From: Candidatus Bathyarchaeota archaeon
Lineage (GTDB): Archaea; Thermoproteota; Bathyarchaeia; Bathyarchaeales; Bathycorpusculaceae
DNA: 64,000 bases
Direction of reading: 5' to 3'
Assembly: GCA_963815095.1 (NCBI GenBank)
Contig: CAWFFH010000001.1
Span: 64,001 to 128,000, forward strand
The notes under the pieces were generated by a model. The model was given only the letters and a program-made list of their open reading frames with translations. It searched no databases and was not told the origin of the DNA. The translations under genes were made by a program, and so were the position numbers. Shown in pieces: positions 41,956 through 51,915 of this stretch. The first letter of the stretch is position 1. Each line of letters starts with the position of its first letter.

Positions 41956-42192
41956 ATGCGGATTGGTGTTTGTGGAATCGCGTGCGAGAAATGCCCAAGA
42001 ATGCAAAGCGGTACTTGCCCAAATGGAACATTAGGTTGTGTGGCAAAGGAAAACAAGTTCTGCAAAATCTGTAACTGCGCCTATACCAAAGGAGTCAGAC
42101 TTTGCTTTGAATGCAAAGAGTTTCCATGCGAAACCACCAAGCAAGGACCCATCAGTTATGGTTACTGCCAATACATTTCGGGCAAACCCTAA
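41956..42192 (+). CDS. Small Cys-rich protein (DUF3795-like)
   Basis: MRIGVCGIACEKCP...C...C.I.NCA..KGV..CFECKEFPC. Confidence 0.7.
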   Translation: MRIGVCGIACEKCPRMQSGTCPNGTLGCVAKENKFCKICNCAYTKGVRLCFECKEFPCETTKQGPISYGYCQYISGKP

Positions 42193-42236
42193 TCGTTAGT
42201 TTTAAGTTTGCCGTCGCAAATCTATCTTTGATTACT

Positions 42237-43163
42237 ATGGATTCCCGTGAAATTGTTATCGAAGCTAAAGGCTTAACAAAGAAATTCGACAATTTCATGG
42301 CAGTTGACCACATAGACTTCAAAGTCTACAAGGGCGAATGCGTTGGCTTTTTGGGACCCAACGGTGCAGGAAAAACAACCACAGTTCGTATGATGTACTG
42401 TTTTCTACCACCAACTGAGGGAGAACTCATCGTTTCGGGCTTGAGCGTCCACACACAATGCCGAGAAATAAAAGCTCTCGTTGGTGTGGCGCCCCAAGAG
42501 GACAATTTAGACCCAGATTTCACAGTTATAAAAAACTTGACCGTGTATTGCCGCTACTTTGGAACCCCAAAAGATGAAGCCCTCAAACGCGCAAACTACC
42601 AGCTAAAGTTTTTCCAACTTGAGGAAAAAAAAGATGCTCCCATAGCTGCCCTATCAGGAGGAATGAAGCGTCGCTTAATTTTTGCTAGGGCGCTAATAAA
42701 TCAGCCTCAAATTCTTCTTTTAGATGAGCCGACCACAGGGTTGGATCCGCAGGCAAGGCATTTGGCGTGGGATGAAGTACGCAGCTTAAAGAAAAAACAA
42801 GTGACGATTATTTTAAATACACATTACATGGATGAAGCCGCTGTCTTATGTGACCGCATCCTTATCGTTGATAAGGGAAAAATCATCGAGGAAGGCAAAC
42901 CCTCTGAACTGGTCAAGAAGCATGTTGGCGAAGAGGTTTTAGAAGTTGACTACGATGAGAAGCTGCTGCCAAGTTTGAAAGAAGCGTTTCCAGACGCAGA
43001 TTTTGAGCATTTAGGTGACCGACTGCAAATCTTCACTGAAAAACCCCATGGTGTTTTTGAAGGCTACTTAAAAGAGCACCCAATGCAAAACGTAGCCATA
43101 CGCTCAGCTAACCTTGAAGATGTTTTCCTTAAACTGACAGGAAGAGGGTTAAGGGAAGAATGA
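42237..43163 (+). CDS. NodI-like ABC transporter ATP-binding protein
   Basis: GPNGAGKTT, PQEDNLDPDF, LSGGMKRR, LLDEPTTGLDPQAR. Confidence 0.93.
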   Translation: MDSREIVIEAKGLTKKFDNFMAVDHIDFKVYKGECVGFLGPNGAGKTTTVRMMYCFLPPTEGELIVSGLSVHTQCREIKALVGVAPQEDNLDPDFTVIKNLTVYCRYFGTPKDEALKRANYQLKFFQLEEKKDAPIAALSGGMKRRLIFARALINQPQILLLDEPTTGLDPQARHLAWDEVRSLKKKQVTIILNTHYMDEAAVLCDRILIVDKGKIIEEGKPSELVKKHVGEEVLEVDYDEKLLPSLKEAFPDADFEHLGDRLQIFTEKPHGVFEGYLKEHPMQNVAIRSANLEDVFLKLTGRGLREE

Positions 43164-43999
43164 GTGAAGTTAACCTGCGCAAATCGCCCGCACGCTTTAG
43201 CATACCTAAACTTAGCTCCCGGGTTTGGTATGTTTGGCGCCGCAACTTAGATGTTTTCACTAAAACCATAAAAGTCAACTTTCTCCCATCCCTAATAGAG
43301 CCAATTATCTATCTGATTGCTTTCGGCTTTGGACTAGGTGGATTTATCCCAAGCATTAACGGTCAACCATACATCTATTTTCTTGGACCAGCTCTAGTAG
43401 CAATTGCCATTATGAACGGCTCTTTTTTTGAATGCACTTTCGCTTCGTTCGTGCGCATGTATTTCCAAAAAACCTTTGACGCAATCGTAGCCACACCCGT
43501 AAGTGTTGAGGAGGTCATTGCCGGTGAGCTTCTTTGGGGCGCAACAAGATCGACGATTAATGCAACAATCGTTTTGGCAGTGATTGCAGTCTTCGGATTA
43601 GTCACTAGTCCACTATTTTTCTTATTACCGATAATTGCGTTTTTTGGCGGATTGATGTTTGCGTCAATCGCCATGTGTTTCACTGCGATCGCTCCAAACA
43701 TCGATTTCTTTAACTACCCTTCATTCCTCTTCTTAACACCGATGCTTTTTCTAGCAGGCACTTTCTTCCCTTTAACTTCACCCTCTTTGCCTTCAAGCAT
43801 ACAAGGCATTGCAATGGCAATTCTGCCGCTAACACACATTGTTAACATAACTAGAGGAGTTGTTTCAGGTAACCCAGAACCAATCCTCGGCTTGAACCAA
43901 TCTATTTTGATACTGATAAGTTCAATTTGGGTAATTGCAGTTACAATATTCTTCTTCATTCTTAGCATCAACCTAATGAAAAAACGCTTAACGAACTAA
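43160..43999 (+). CDS. NodJ-like ABC-2 permease
   Basis: EPIIYL..FG.GLG, QKTFDAIVATP, GELLW, FLAGTFFP. Confidence 0.9.
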   Translation: MSEVNLRKSPARFSIPKLSSRVWYVWRRNLDVFTKTIKVNFLPSLIEPIIYLIAFGFGLGGFIPSINGQPYIYFLGPALVAIAIMNGSFFECTFASFVRMYFQKTFDAIVATPVSVEEVIAGELLWGATRSTINATIVLAVIAVFGLVTSPLFFLLPIIAFFGGLMFASIAMCFTAIAPNIDFFNYPSFLFLTPMLFLAGTFFPLTSPSLPSSIQGIAMAILPLTHIVNITRGVVSGNPEPILGLNQSILILISSIWVIAVTIFFFILSINLMKKRLTN

Positions 44000-44149
44000 A
44001 CCGTTATGCCTTTAGCTTCTGCAATAATGAGGTAGTAAGCTGCTAAGCCTTTCCATCTGCCCCAAACTTTGAAGATTTCGCGAGCCTCCGCCATCTTTAT
44101 AGGCTAAAGGACGCCACGCTTTAACGGTAAAAGTTTCAGCGAAAACCAT
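43996..44149 (-). pseudogene. Remnant of an AlkA-like DNA glycosylase (C-terminal fragment)
   Basis: The minus strand encodes AEAREIFKVWGRWKGLAAYYLI...*, matching the AlkA C-terminal W..W...A..YL motif. It is preceded out of frame by a short ATG-initiated stretch at 44149. Confidence 0.55.
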
Positions 44150-44241
44150 CTCGTTTTCCTCGGATCCTTACGGCTGTTTTAGAGGTATTAAAGATTTTTA
44201 ACTTTAAAGTAGTATTGTAAGTCAACAAGAAGTGGGCAAAC

Positions 44242-44916
44242 ATGCGTTTAGTCATTCGAATAGGTGGTTCAGTTGTTGCATCACCGGTTAACACTGAACT
44301 CATGAGTAAATACTCTGAAATAATCAGAACCATAAAACAGCAGGGAAATGAGGTAGTTGTTGTTCTGGGCGGTGGTGCTTTAGCACGTGAATTCATTGGA
44401 ATCGCCAAAAACCTAGGGTTAGATATGAACGGGCAGGATGAGATTGCGATTTCTTGTTCACGTTTGTTCGCTCAGTTGTTCCTTAAAAAAATAGGCAATT
44501 TCGCATGCAACAAAGTTGCGGTGACGGTTGATGAAGCCGCGCAATGTTTGGAAGAAGGCAAAATAGTTGTAATGGGTGGTCTAAAACCTGGACTTACCAC
44601 CGACGCCGTTGCCACTTTGGTTGCTGAAAGAGTAAATGCGGATTTGCTGGTTAAAGGGACTGACCAAAACGGAGTTTACGATAAAGATCCAAGAAAATAT
44701 CCTGACGCAGTTAAGCTTGATAGGTTGTCGGTTGAGGATTTAGCTGAAATTTTTGAGCATAATGAGCATAAAGCGGGGATTCACCAGATTATTGATCCTG
44801 AAGCTATCAAAGTGCTAAAACGCAACCGGCTTAAGTTGGTTGTTGTAAATGGGTTTAAACCTGAAAATTTATTGGCAGCAATTAAAGGAGAGAATGTTGG
44901 TACAGTGATAAGCTAA
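44242..44916 (+). CDS. pyrH: UMP kinase
   Basis: IRIGGSV, GGGALAR, MGGLKPGLTTDAVA, GVYDKDP. Confidence 0.93.
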   Translation: MRLVIRIGGSVVASPVNTELMSKYSEIIRTIKQQGNEVVVVLGGGALAREFIGIAKNLGLDMNGQDEIAISCSRLFAQLFLKKIGNFACNKVAVTVDEAAQCLEEGKIVVMGGLKPGLTTDAVATLVAERVNADLLVKGTDQNGVYDKDPRKYPDAVKLDRLSVEDLAEIFEHNEHKAGIHQIIDPEAIKVLKRNRLKLVVVNGFKPENLLAAIKGENVGTVIS

Positions 44917-44935
44917 ACTTATCCTGTTATAGCGG

Positions 44936-45277
44936 CTAAGCCCAACGGAATGGCCATTGTGATCTCTGAAAGAGTTCTGTTGAGAATACTTGGTAGTTTT
45001 TTATTTTTGGGGGGGTGTCAATTGAATCTTGGACTCTTTTGAGGGCTTGAGAAAATACGTCTTTTTCAGACCTTTCCAACGCCTCTTTATCTATCCAAAG
45101 TGTTAGGATTGTTACAGTGTTCGGGTCGTCATTGTCGAGCAGTGAAATGGCACCTCGGAAACCTTCGGTTTGATGCGCTAAAGTATTGAGAATGATATCG
45201 AGTTCTGAGAAACCTTTTTCTCTATTACCTTCCTTGAAATGCCATACAGTCATTCTGGCTAGGACCAAAAAATTCAC
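44936..45277 (-). CDS. Antibiotic biosynthesis monooxygenase (ABM)-fold protein
   Basis: AR..VW.FK.G...GFRG...L.....ILTLW...EAL pattern. Confidence 0.65.
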   Translation of the reverse strand: MNFLVLARMTVWHFKEGNREKGFSELDIILNTLAHQTEGFRGAISLLDNDDPNTVTILTLWIDKEALERSEKDVFSQALKRVQDSIDTPPKIKNYQVFSTELFQRSQWPFRWA

Positions 45278-45538
45278 CTAAAACAATTTAGTGTTTCTTT
45301 CATATATACTTAACATTATATTTTGATAGGCGATACCCCAAAAACTATAGTTACAACCAAAAGCGCTAAAAAGAGATCCATTCTAATTACAAAAAATGAC
45401 GAAAAAATTTAAACTAGTTATAAGAACCGAAAAATACCAAAAAGAATACGCAAAAAATAGAATAAATCATCTTATGGTAGAAGTTACACTTTTAAGCAAG
45501 CTAAACATATTTTTTTCAAGTCCAATGAGGTTTAGTGC

Positions 45539-45844
45539 TTGGGAAAGAAAAAAGTGTTAAGCGAAGGCGCAATCGGCGAATTAGTCTATCCTGGACAAGG
45601 CGAAGTCCTGGGAGTAGTAACGAAACTGCTTGGCTTCGACCGCATACTTGTTAAGTGTCAAGATGGTGCGGAACGTTTATGCCGAATTCGGGGGAAAATG
45701 AAGCGGCGCGTATGGATTCGTGAAGGCGATATCGTTATTGTTTCTCCTTGGGAGTTCCAGACAGATAAACGCGGCGACGTTGTTTGGCGTTATACACATT
45801 CCCAGTCTGACACGCTTAGGCGCAAGGGCATTTTAACCCTTTAA
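45539..45844 (+). CDS. eif1a: Translation initiation factor aIF-1A
   Basis: CQDGAERLCRIRGKMKRRVWIREGDIVIVSPW...RGDVVWRY. Confidence 0.96.
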   Translation: MGKKKVLSEGAIGELVYPGQGEVLGVVTKLLGFDRILVKCQDGAERLCRIRGKMKRRVWIREGDIVIVSPWEFQTDKRGDVVWRYTHSQSDTLRRKGILTL

Positions 45845-46017
45845 TTTTCAGTTTATTTTGTTTTCTATTGATTTATAACTTGCTAAGGGCTGTTGAAATC
45901 GTCAATATAACCTGCCGTTTAGGGTTCTGCATGGAACAATTATTAGGATCTGGTCGCGAACTAATTTTTTTACTCGACTGGTTTTAATACCCTCAAGCCG
46001 TTACATGCTTGATATTA

Positions 46018-46803
46018 ATGTCTGGAAAAGCTCAGGAACGTATAGCCCATACTGAACGCAGAATAGAACGCCGAGATAAAATGCTAAACCACGATAAATC
46101 CAAAGAACGCGCCACCGTTGAAGAAGTTTTCGATCAGACCACCCGTATGGTAGTTTTTGATATGCTCAACAGCGGTATTCTCTATGAGCTAAACGGTGCT
46201 GTGAGTTCAGGCAAAGAAGCGAAAGTGTACTGGGGTACAACCAAGGAAGGCGTCGATTTGGCCGTAAAAATTTATTTGACGTCTTCTGCTGAGTTCAAGA
46301 AGGGTATGCACAAATACATCGAAGGCGACCCTCGTTTCAAAGATGTGAAACATGATACTCGCTCATTGATGGCCGTTTGGGCTCAGAAAGAGTTTCGCAA
46401 TTTGGGGGAAGCTGATGCAGCAAACGTACGTGTTCCAAAACCCATCGCCGTCAAAAGCAATATTGTAGTTATGGAGTTTATAGGCGCGAAAGGAGTTAGT
46501 GCGCCCTCATTAAAGGAGCAGCCGCCAGATAACCCCGAAAAAGTCTACAAAATAATCGTAACATATATCAAGAATCTCTACAAAAAAGCTAAAATTGTCC
46601 ACGGCGACCTTAGCGAATACAATATTATGATGTGGAAGGGCAAACCGGTGGTTTTTGATGTGTCGCAATCTGTTTCAATTCAGCATCCGATGGCTGACTT
46701 TATGCTGCGCCGCGATTTGGAAAATGTGAATAGGTTCTTTAAGCGGTTAGACGTAGATATTATCCCAGTTGAAGAATTATACAAAAAGGTTGTTGGTAAA
46801 TAA
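46018..46803 (+). CDS. rio1: RIO1 serine protein kinase
   Basis: SSGKEAKVY, AVKIY, WAQKEFRNL, VHGDLSEYNI, DVSQSV. Confidence 0.95.
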   Translation: MSGKAQERIAHTERRIERRDKMLNHDKSKERATVEEVFDQTTRMVVFDMLNSGILYELNGAVSSGKEAKVYWGTTKEGVDLAVKIYLTSSAEFKKGMHKYIEGDPRFKDVKHDTRSLMAVWAQKEFRNLGEADAANVRVPKPIAVKSNIVVMEFIGAKGVSAPSLKEQPPDNPEKVYKIIVTYIKNLYKKAKIVHGDLSEYNIMMWKGKPVVFDVSQSVSIQHPMADFMLRRDLENVNRFFKRLDVDIIPVEELYKKVVGK

Positions 46804-47375
46804 TGCCTGGTCCAGATACTTTTGTAAAGATTCCTAAAGAACGCGTCGGCATACTGATTGGTCCCGACGGCAAAGTGAAAAAGGAAATAGAAACCAAACT
46901 AAACGTCAAATTGGACATTGACAAAGAAGGTAGCGTCACCATAAAGCTTCCAGAAAACATACCTGACCCATCCGTTTTTCTAAGAGCCAAAGACATAGTC
47001 ACAGCCATCGGAAGAGGTTTCAACCCTGAAACGGCTTTCCGTCTCCTACGCAACGAAGACGACATATTCGATATGATAGATCTCCGCCTGATTTTTGGTC
47101 GATCCGAATCCGACATAACACGCGTGAAAAGTAGAATCATCGGTGCCGACGGTAAAACCCGCAAACTAATTGAGGAACTTACAGAAGCTGACGTGGTTGT
47201 TTATGGTCATACTATAGGGATTATCGGCAGCTTCGAAGAGGCTGATGCGGCACGCAATGCAGTACAAATGATTGTTGAAGGTTGCCAACACCATACCGTC
47301 TATAGTTACCTGCAGAAGAAACGCACAGAGCTCAAGAAGCAGAAGCTTGAACTGTGGGAAAAGAAGCCAGAATAA
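46803..47375 (+). CDS. KH-domain rRNA-processing protein (Dim2/Pno1)
   Basis: Two KH motifs (LIGPDG, IIGADG), AIGRGF; conserved aIF1A-rio1-dim2 operon. Confidence 0.92.
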   Translation: MPGPDTFVKIPKERVGILIGPDGKVKKEIETKLNVKLDIDKEGSVTIKLPENIPDPSVFLRAKDIVTAIGRGFNPETAFRLLRNEDDIFDMIDLRLIFGRSESDITRVKSRIIGADGKTRKLIEELTEADVVVYGHTIGIIGSFEEADAARNAVQMIVEGCQHHTVYSYLQKKRTELKKQKLELWEKKPE

Positions 47376-47447
47376 AAAAACATTTTTTTTAACCTCTTTT
47401 TTGCTGTAAATACTAAGTACTGTTAGCTAAGCATATTTCAGCTGAGT

Positions 47448-48140
47448 ATGTTTCAAGCATCTAAATCCAAAAAAGTTCTCTTTTTTATAGCCGTCATCAT
47501 CATCGTCTTATTAAAATATCTATACCTTTTCTGGTCCTGATTTCGCCTCTACTCACTTTCAATTATTATCAGGCATTCTGGATTTTTGATATCTTGCAAT
47601 TCATTCTTTTACCGATTATGGCGTTTTTGCTCTATACTGTTTTTGAAAAAGAGCATCCACTATGCTTTGGTGGTTTTGGTGGCTGTGCTGTTGTTGCCAT
47701 ATCCAATGGAGGGCAGAGGTTTGTCAGTTAGTTATTTTATGAGTTGGGCTGAAGGTTAAGCCAAAATATTTCTCTCTTTTCTTCTGCTGCTTTCATTCTA
47801 TCTGGGGTATAAGGGTAAAGCAGGTTTGTCCGGTGTCGTTTTTGCATTGGGCGCATTTGACCAAGGTTCGCGGTTTGGCGTTTCCCCTCTTTGGCTTCTA
47901 CAATAAGGGAAAACTAAAAGCGGCATTTGTCCCAATGGTCGAGGTTCTTGTTGCGTTTAATGCAATCGTATTTTATCCTGGAACAGCTAAGGTTTCGTAG
48001 GAATGGTTTTTGGTTCAGACACTACCACACCATTTTTTAATGCCAACCTAGATACCTGCTATAATGTTAGCTTGTTTCTTTGCGGTAAACGCGGGGGAAT
48101 AGGTGGTAGAGTTAAAGGAAAATGTAAAGATTATTTTAAG
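47448..48140 (+). pseudogene. Degenerate membrane-protein gene (possibly GT87-like)
   Basis: Hydrophobic fragments (DFDILQFILLP, LLLPYP, SYFMSWAEG*AKIFL, GAFD/PRF) broken by an in-frame stop and several frameshifts. Confidence 0.45.
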
Positions 48141-48224
48141 TAAAGCCAAAAATGTTGAGTTAGGTGAGCTCTTAGACGTTAACTAAACATTCAAGTCAAG
48201 CCTGAAAGTTGTCATTGTTACCGT

Positions 48225-48287
48225 CGTTCGCACTCAAGATCCCTATCATCCTTACGTCTTCGGGGCCAGACTCGTCATCGCCCACCC
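48225..48287 (-). ncRNA. Candidate box C/D guide sRNA
   Basis: C-like AUGACGA, D' CCGA, C'-like AUGAUAG, guide GGGAUCUUGAGU, imperfect D (GCGA); TTTAAA 24 nt upstream. Confidence 0.5.
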
Positions 48288-48409
48288 AACCACAAAACGG
48301 TTTCAACAGCCTTTAAACATTCAGGTAACTTCGCAACAATTATTGTTAATGAGGCGTTAAAGTTAAAGGGTGCAAAGTAATCTCTTCCATAAAAAGCTAA
48401 AGTGAACAT

Positions 48410-48958
48410 ATGCCGTTTTGCCGAAAATGTGGACGTAGACTCGTTGAGTATTCAGAACGTTGCTCGGACTGTGGAACATCTACCACCGCTCCATTGATCA
48501 AAATAAAGAAAGCACCAACCGCCTACATGGACAAGACTGGTGCTCCAGAGAGGGTAGCTAAGGCTATTGTCCCCGTTGAAATCATTTCTTTTTCCAAAAA
48601 GATCCCGAAAAATTCACTTAAATCAGTTACATCAACTAAATCAGTTAAGACTCTTGTTCCAGCTAAATCTATTTCCATAGCTAAACCAATTATCGCGGCT
48701 AAACCTTTTACTCCAGCTAAGATTTACCCTGAACATGAAATCATAAAAAGTAAAGTATCCCTCAAAGAAGACCTGGCCGCCAATCCTCAAGATTACGAGA
48801 CGCAAACTTTCGGTTTTGATTTAAACTGTCCAAACGGGCATTTTTGGTCAGCCGGTAAAGCCCTCCCTGTATCAAATGGAAAAGCGTTATGTCTCAAATG
48901 TGGTGAAATGCTAAGAAAACCGAAACCCAACAAGCATCAAAAATATCGTAGATTCTAA
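48410..48958 (+). CDS. Double zinc-ribbon protein
   Basis: MPFCRKCG..CSDCG N-terminal and CPNGH..CLKCGE C-terminal, joined by a K/P/S-rich linker. Confidence 0.7.
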   Translation: MPFCRKCGRRLVEYSERCSDCGTSTTAPLIKIKKAPTAYMDKTGAPERVAKAIVPVEIISFSKKIPKNSLKSVTSTKSVKTLVPAKSISIAKPIIAAKPFTPAKIYPEHEIIKSKVSLKEDLAANPQDYETQTFGFDLNCPNGHFWSAGKALPVSNGKALCLKCGEMLRKPKPNKHQKYRRF

Positions 48959-49049
48959 TCACCTAATTTCTAGAAAATAATCTTTTACCAAACCAAACAG
49001 CTTTCCACCAACATTAAAAACAGTTCCTGAACAAGAATAATGGGGAACG

Positions 49050-49619
49050 TTAAAGTTTAACGCTGATTTCTACGCCGTCTTCGCCAACTTTGATGTAGCG
49101 ACTCTTGAATTTGCCTGAGTTGCGAACGTACTCCAAGTAGTCGCCCATCTGTTCAGCGAAGAATCCTGCGTTATCCGCAAAGACAACTGCACCCTTCCGT
49201 AACTTGCCTTCAGCCAACTTGAGGTAATGGAAGTACTCACTTTTCTCGGCATCAATGAAGGCAAAATCAAAAATGTCTTTCAATGTGGGAATTACTTGCA
49301 AAGCATCACCAGTTATGATTTTGACATTTGCAGGAATATTTGCTTTTACGATGTTTTTTCCTGCTAACTCCGCTTCATCGCGATGGATTTCTATGGTCAC
49401 TATTTCGGCTTTGTCATCGAGTTCTTTGCCCATTAGGATCGCTGAGTAACCAATCAATGTTCCAACCTCCAAAACATGTCGCGGCTTTGCCTTTCGCACT
49501 TCCTCCACAAGAAGCTTTCCTTTGTGAGGTCCAATGATTGGTAGAAAATTTTTCTCGGAGGCTTTTTCAATTAGCTGCAAAACCTCATCCGCATTGCTCA
49601 TAGTTGTTTGGGAGCTCAT
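49050..49619 (-). CDS. Class I SAM-dependent O-methyltransferase (COMT/CCoAOMT-like)
   Basis: LEVGTLIGYS, GDAL, FDFAFIDAEK..Y, ADN. Confidence 0.92.
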   Translation of the reverse strand: MSSQTTMSNADEVLQLIEKASEKNFLPIIGPHKGKLLVEEVRKAKPRHVLEVGTLIGYSAILMGKELDDKAEIVTIEIHRDEAELAGKNIVKANIPANVKIITGDALQVIPTLKDIFDFAFIDAEKSEYFHYLKLAEGKLRKGAVVFADNAGFFAEQMGDYLEYVRNSGKFKSRYIKVGEDGVEISVKL

Positions 49620-50179
49620 AGGGGTACCTTGATTTTATCTATAAATCGATGTTGTAGCTTGGCGATTTTTGGGGCGATGACTGCTTGGCAGTAGGGTTCT
49701 TTTGGGTGTTTTTTGAAGTAGTCTTTATGGTAGGTTTCAGCGTTATAAAATACTTTAAGCGGCACAATTTCGGTTACCATGGGTTTGTTCCAGATGCCTT
49801 CCTTGGTTAGTTCATCGATTAGTTGTTCTGCAGTGTCTTTTTGTTCTTGGTTGTGGTAAAAAATAGCAGAGCGGTATTGGGTTCCTACATCTGCGCCTTG
49901 GCGGTTGAGTGAGGTTGGGTCATGCATGGTGAAGAAAATTTCCAGGATTTCTTTATAGCTAATGACTTTGGGGTCAAAGAAGATCTGCGCAGCCTCAGCA
50001 TGCCCGGTTGTTCCTGCCGAAACCTCTTCGTATGTTGGGTTAGGCACTGTGCCGCCGGTGTAGCCTGGCTCAATGCGTTCGACGCCTTTCATGATGTTAA
50101 ACGCGGCTTCGGTGCACCAGAAGCAGCCGCCGGCAAGAGTTGCTACCTCCAAGTTTTTGTTTTCGTTGGATTGACTCAT
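49616..50179 (-). CDS. msrA: Peptide-methionine (S)-S-oxide reductase
   Basis: AGGCFWC, GYTGG, GHAE, HDPT..NRQG.DVGTQYRS, AETYH. Confidence 0.97.
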   Translation of the reverse strand: MSQSNENKNLEVATLAGGCFWCTEAAFNIMKGVERIEPGYTGGTVPNPTYEEVSAGTTGHAEAAQIFFDPKVISYKEILEIFFTMHDPTSLNRQGADVGTQYRSAIFYHNQEQKDTAEQLIDELTKEGIWNKPMVTEIVPLKVFYNAETYHKDYFKKHPKEPYCQAVIAPKIAKLQHRFIDKIKVPL

Positions 50180-50261
50180 AAAAACAGCCTTATTCATATT
50201 ATCATAGGAAGCTTTTACAACTTAAAGAGTTGTGACTGTCAGGACGCTGTCACTAAACGGC

Positions 50262-50705
50262 TTAGGAGAATGCTCCAGCCGCATTAGGCGCGTTCTCAGG
50301 CACCATTTGAGTGACATCCCAATACTCAACAATCTTGTCTCCTCTGAAACGGAAAAGATGAACTTGCCTCAAACCTCCATCACTTGGTTTAGAACTTGCC
50401 AGTTGAGTATGAACCGCAACCACATCTCCGTCAGCAATGACTTGCCTGATTATGAGCTTAAAGTCAGCTTTCGACCCCTTGAATATTCCTTCTGAGCCTT
50501 GTTTCTGCACTGCAATCATGCCATCAATTAATTCGGCTATGCCTCCAGCAATGTATGGATTATGGGTTTCACATTCAGGATCAAAGAAAAGCAATCCATC
50601 CTTTGGTTTACCTGAACCTACTAAATTCAAAAATTCGACCGCAATATCCTTACGGACTTTATATGGGTCATTTTGTGGCACGTCAAAAACAGATTTACCT
50701 ATCAT
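50262..50705 (-). CDS. SnoaL/NTF2-like protein
   Basis: HNPY..G, IADGDVVAVH, HLFRF.GDKIVEYWDV.Q. Confidence 0.85.
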   Translation of the reverse strand: MIGKSVFDVPQNDPYKVRKDIAVEFLNLVGSGKPKDGLLFFDPECETHNPYIAGGIAELIDGMIAVQKQGSEGIFKGSKADFKLIIRQVIADGDVVAVHTQLASSKPSDGGLRQVHLFRFRGDKIVEYWDVTQMVPENAPNAAGAFS

Positions 50706-50859
50706 AAATATACCTAAAAAAGCTGGTTAAAGTAAATATTTAAACATATTGACTAACCTTCTATCTAAAATGATTTTTCAAGACTTGTAAGAACCAGCAC
50801 AATCCATTTTACCTCCTGAAACTTAGTCAACTAGCACGAATTCCCATGAGACTGCGGTT

Positions 50860-51864
50860 ATGGAAAAAGCTAAAAGCTATAATTCATTGAACAAGATTAA
50901 TGTGACTCCGTTAGCGGCAGAAAGCTTTGGCGTCCGCTCAATGTGCACTCTTGTCGAAACTTCTGATGTTGCTGTGCTTTTGGATGGGGGCATCTCTTTG
51001 GCACCTTACCGTTTTAACCTGCCGCCGCACCCCCTCGAATTCCAAACCATCGCTCAACTACGCAAAACCTTAGCTGAAGCCGCCGACAGGGCGACTGTTG
51101 CCACCATTAGCCATTACCACTTCGACCACCACACTCCTTCCTTTGAGGACTGGGTTGTTAATTGGACCGAAGATGGCGAAACCGCTCGCCAGATCTACCA
51201 AAATAAAACTATCTTGGCAAAGAATCCTGAAGAAAATATCAATGATAGCCAACGACAGCGTGCATGGATGTTTCAGAAGACTGCTGGAAAATATGCCAAA
51301 GCCTTCGAAGCTGCGGATGGCAAAACATTTGCTTTTGGAAAAACCACTTTGCGTTTTTCGGAGGCTGTAGTTCACGGTTCTGATGATTCGATGTTGGGCT
51401 GGGTCATAATGGTGGTCGTGGAATATAGCGACGAGAGATTTATGTTTGCTCCCGACATTCAGGGACCAATGTCAACTCATTCTTTGGACTTGATTTTAGA
51501 TTCAAAACCCAATGTGATTATGTTAGGTGGCCCCCCGTTGTATCTAGGCGGATTCCGCGTTGAATTGAAGCATCTGGAGCAAGGTTTGAGGAATCTCGAG
51601 CACATTGTTGAAGTGGTGCCCACAGTGATTTTGGAACATCATGCTTTGAGGGATGAATCGTGGAAGTCGAAAATGGAATCGGTTTTTCAAAAGGCTTCTC
51701 AGTCAGGACACAGCATTTTAACGGCTGCAGAGTTTGCAGGAAAAGAAAATCTATTTTTAGAAGCGAAACGAAAACAACTCTACCACGATCAGCCCCCCTC
51801 TGAAGAATTCAAGCAATGGATGAAAACATTAAACGACAAAAAAATCGTTAAACCCCCAATCTAA
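50860..51864 (+). CDS. UPF0282 metallo-beta-lactamase-fold protein
   Basis: AAESFGVRSM, ISHYHFDH, HG, DIQGP, EHHALRD. Confidence 0.88.
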   Translation: MEKAKSYNSLNKINVTPLAAESFGVRSMCTLVETSDVAVLLDGGISLAPYRFNLPPHPLEFQTIAQLRKTLAEAADRATVATISHYHFDHHTPSFEDWVVNWTEDGETARQIYQNKTILAKNPEENINDSQRQRAWMFQKTAGKYAKAFEAADGKTFAFGKTTLRFSEAVVHGSDDSMLGWVIMVVVEYSDERFMFAPDIQGPMSTHSLDLILDSKPNVIMLGGPPLYLGGFRVELKHLEQGLRNLEHIVEVVPTVILEHHALRDESWKSKMESVFQKASQSGHSILTAAEFAGKENLFLEAKRKQLYHDQPPSEEFKQWMKTLNDKKIVKPPI

Positions 51865-51915
51865 CCATCAGATTAGGGGAAAGCGAAATAAATAAGCAAA
51901 CAAAAACTAACCTTG

